Both the position numbers and the translations under genes were made by a program. A DNA stretch of 64,000 nt from Chiloscyllium plagiosum (taxonomy: Eukaryota). This document shows positions 62,622 to 64,000 of the stretch, in pieces; positions within the stretch are counted from its first letter, which is position 1, and each line of letters begins with the position of its first letter. The stretch covers positions 21,426,892 through 21,490,891 of the forward strand of contig NC_057719.1 of the NCBI RefSeq assembly GCF_004010195.1. Direction: 5' to 3'. The notes under the pieces were generated by a model. The model ran no database searches. It saw only the letters and a program-made list of their open reading frames with translations, and was not told the DNA's origin.

Positions 62622-63264
62622 ATTACAAGATATTTCAATATCATATATAAAACAGAATTGATACATTGTACTTGTGGAAATACTGAGGCATATTGTTTCT
62701 CCTTGATTCTGATATATTTTATAATTTTCCTAAAATTGCCTCACTGAGCGCAAGGCATGGTATTTATAGCCAGGAGGAAGCTGCCACCTTTCCTCTCTCC
62801 TTGACTTGCTTTAAGGCCTGTTTTGGCTTACAATAATAAATGAAGAATAGCTAATGAGTAGTAATAAGGAGAAGCTTTGATCATGATAGAAGTTTATCAC
62901 ATGATAGCAATAAGGTACAAATTACATTAGCTATCTAGACATCGTTGCTAACTTCCTATAGAGATATAAATGACCCATGTGCCCCCTTCATGATCCAGAG
63001 CTATTTTATCCAATTATCCACCCCAAGACTCTATGATATCATAGATGAGGCGTAATTCAGTCTCTAAAATTATCTCTTTCAGAACCTGACTTTGTGCAAT
63101 ATCTCCCCCTAAGCTTTTCTGTTCACAGTTAACGTTTGTACATTTGGCAATTTTAGGAAAATTATAAAATATATCAGAATCAAGGAGAAACAATATGCCT
63201 CAGTATTTCCACAAGTACAATGTATCAATTCTGTTTTATATATGAGATTGAAATATCTTGTAAT
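62622..63264. repeat. 119-bp inverted duplication (62622-62740 / 63146-63264) bracketing 405 bp
   Basis: The arms are reverse complements with a single mismatch; no TSD is evident outside them. Confidence 0.93.
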
Positions 63265-63832
63265 AGGTCTTGCTTCCTCAGTGGCCTGTCAGCATAACAG
63301 AAGGGTTGGTAGATGCCAGTGATCATAGACAAAGGATACATGTGGTTGGAGCCCGTGGATTGTGCCTCAAGATATGTTGTTCAGTGTCCAGCATGGAGTT
63401 TTCCCTGGTTTCCTTGTCAGATTTTCCCATTGTTTAGGTTATTTATCAAGTTTGGTAAGGTGGTAGGTTGACTATTAATAAGGTGCATTGTAGCATTATC
63501 AAGGATTTAACAACCACTAATCCCTGTCAATTGGCATCCCAACATTGCTTGGCAGGAATCTCACCATGCCTCTTGCAAAAAGCACAAAAGGTAGAGTAAG
63601 ATGATCTCAATTTCTAGATTGGCTTTGCCAGACCTTCTTCCTGATTCTGTTACACATCTCACCATATATCAAATTGTTCAGACCCTTACAAAATTCTACT
63701 CAACAATCCTGAAACTAAAAACTTACCAACCTCCCAAGTCAGATGAGAATACACTCTGAAAAAATTGTGAAACCTCCAGACTGACTGAATGTTTGAAAAA
63801 GGCTTCGTGGATGGACATAGGTCTTGGTAATG

Positions 63833-63911
63833 ACGATTTTCCTGCTCCTCAGATGCTGCACCACTCTAATCTTGACTCTGATCTCCAGCATCTGCAGTCC
63901 TCACTTTCGTC
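63833..63911 (+). mobile_element. PLE terminal fragment with 10-bp TSD
   Basis: TSD CTTGGTAATG (63823-63832, 63912-63921); insert CGATTTTCCTGCTCCTCAGATGCTGC..CAGCATCTGCAGTCCTCACTTTC. Confidence 0.82.
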
Positions 63912-64000
63912 CTTGGTAATGTAATTATCTATACAAATGTACAAAAACGGTTTGTGTTATAGGGAGCAACAGTTACAAGTATTGAGAAGGTTGCAACAGG

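Noticed and set aside
62622..63264. MITE interpretation of the 119-bp inverted repeat
   Set aside because: No TSD, no known TIR signature and no other copy in the window; kept only as an alternative explanation.
1..64000. CRISPR array or prokaryotic operon
   Set aside because: No regularly spaced repeats or gene-dense coding; the content is typical vertebrate repeat-rich DNA.

Overview
This is vertebrate, almost certainly elasmobranch (shark), non-coding DNA, inferred from abundant HE1/V-SINEs, DeuSINEs and HER1/CR1 LINEs. It is probably a large intron or gene desert, and no host protein-coding exon could be supported. The window opens with the 3' end of a young-looking endogenous retrovirus: an open ERV3/HERV-R-like env ORF (running off the left edge), a polypurine tract and a ~449-bp 3' LTR, integrated into a CR1 LINE. 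The rest is a dense mosaic of nested CR1 LINEs, SINEs, older L2/CR1-like LINEs, Harbinger-like relics and Penelope-like elements (PLEs). The most notable recurring signal is about a dozen short (80-270 bp) PLE-terminal insertions from two families. Most have 10-16 bp target-site duplications, several carry intact minimal hammerhead-ribozyme cores, and several are fold-back palindromes whose turn point sits at the ribozyme. Other oddities are a 238-bp target duplication around a SINE, a twin-priming-type 5' inversion in a CR1, a templated 110-bp flank copy at a PLE junction, a 119-bp inverted duplication and a perfect 43-bp hairpin. All family names come from recalled motifs, with no database search.
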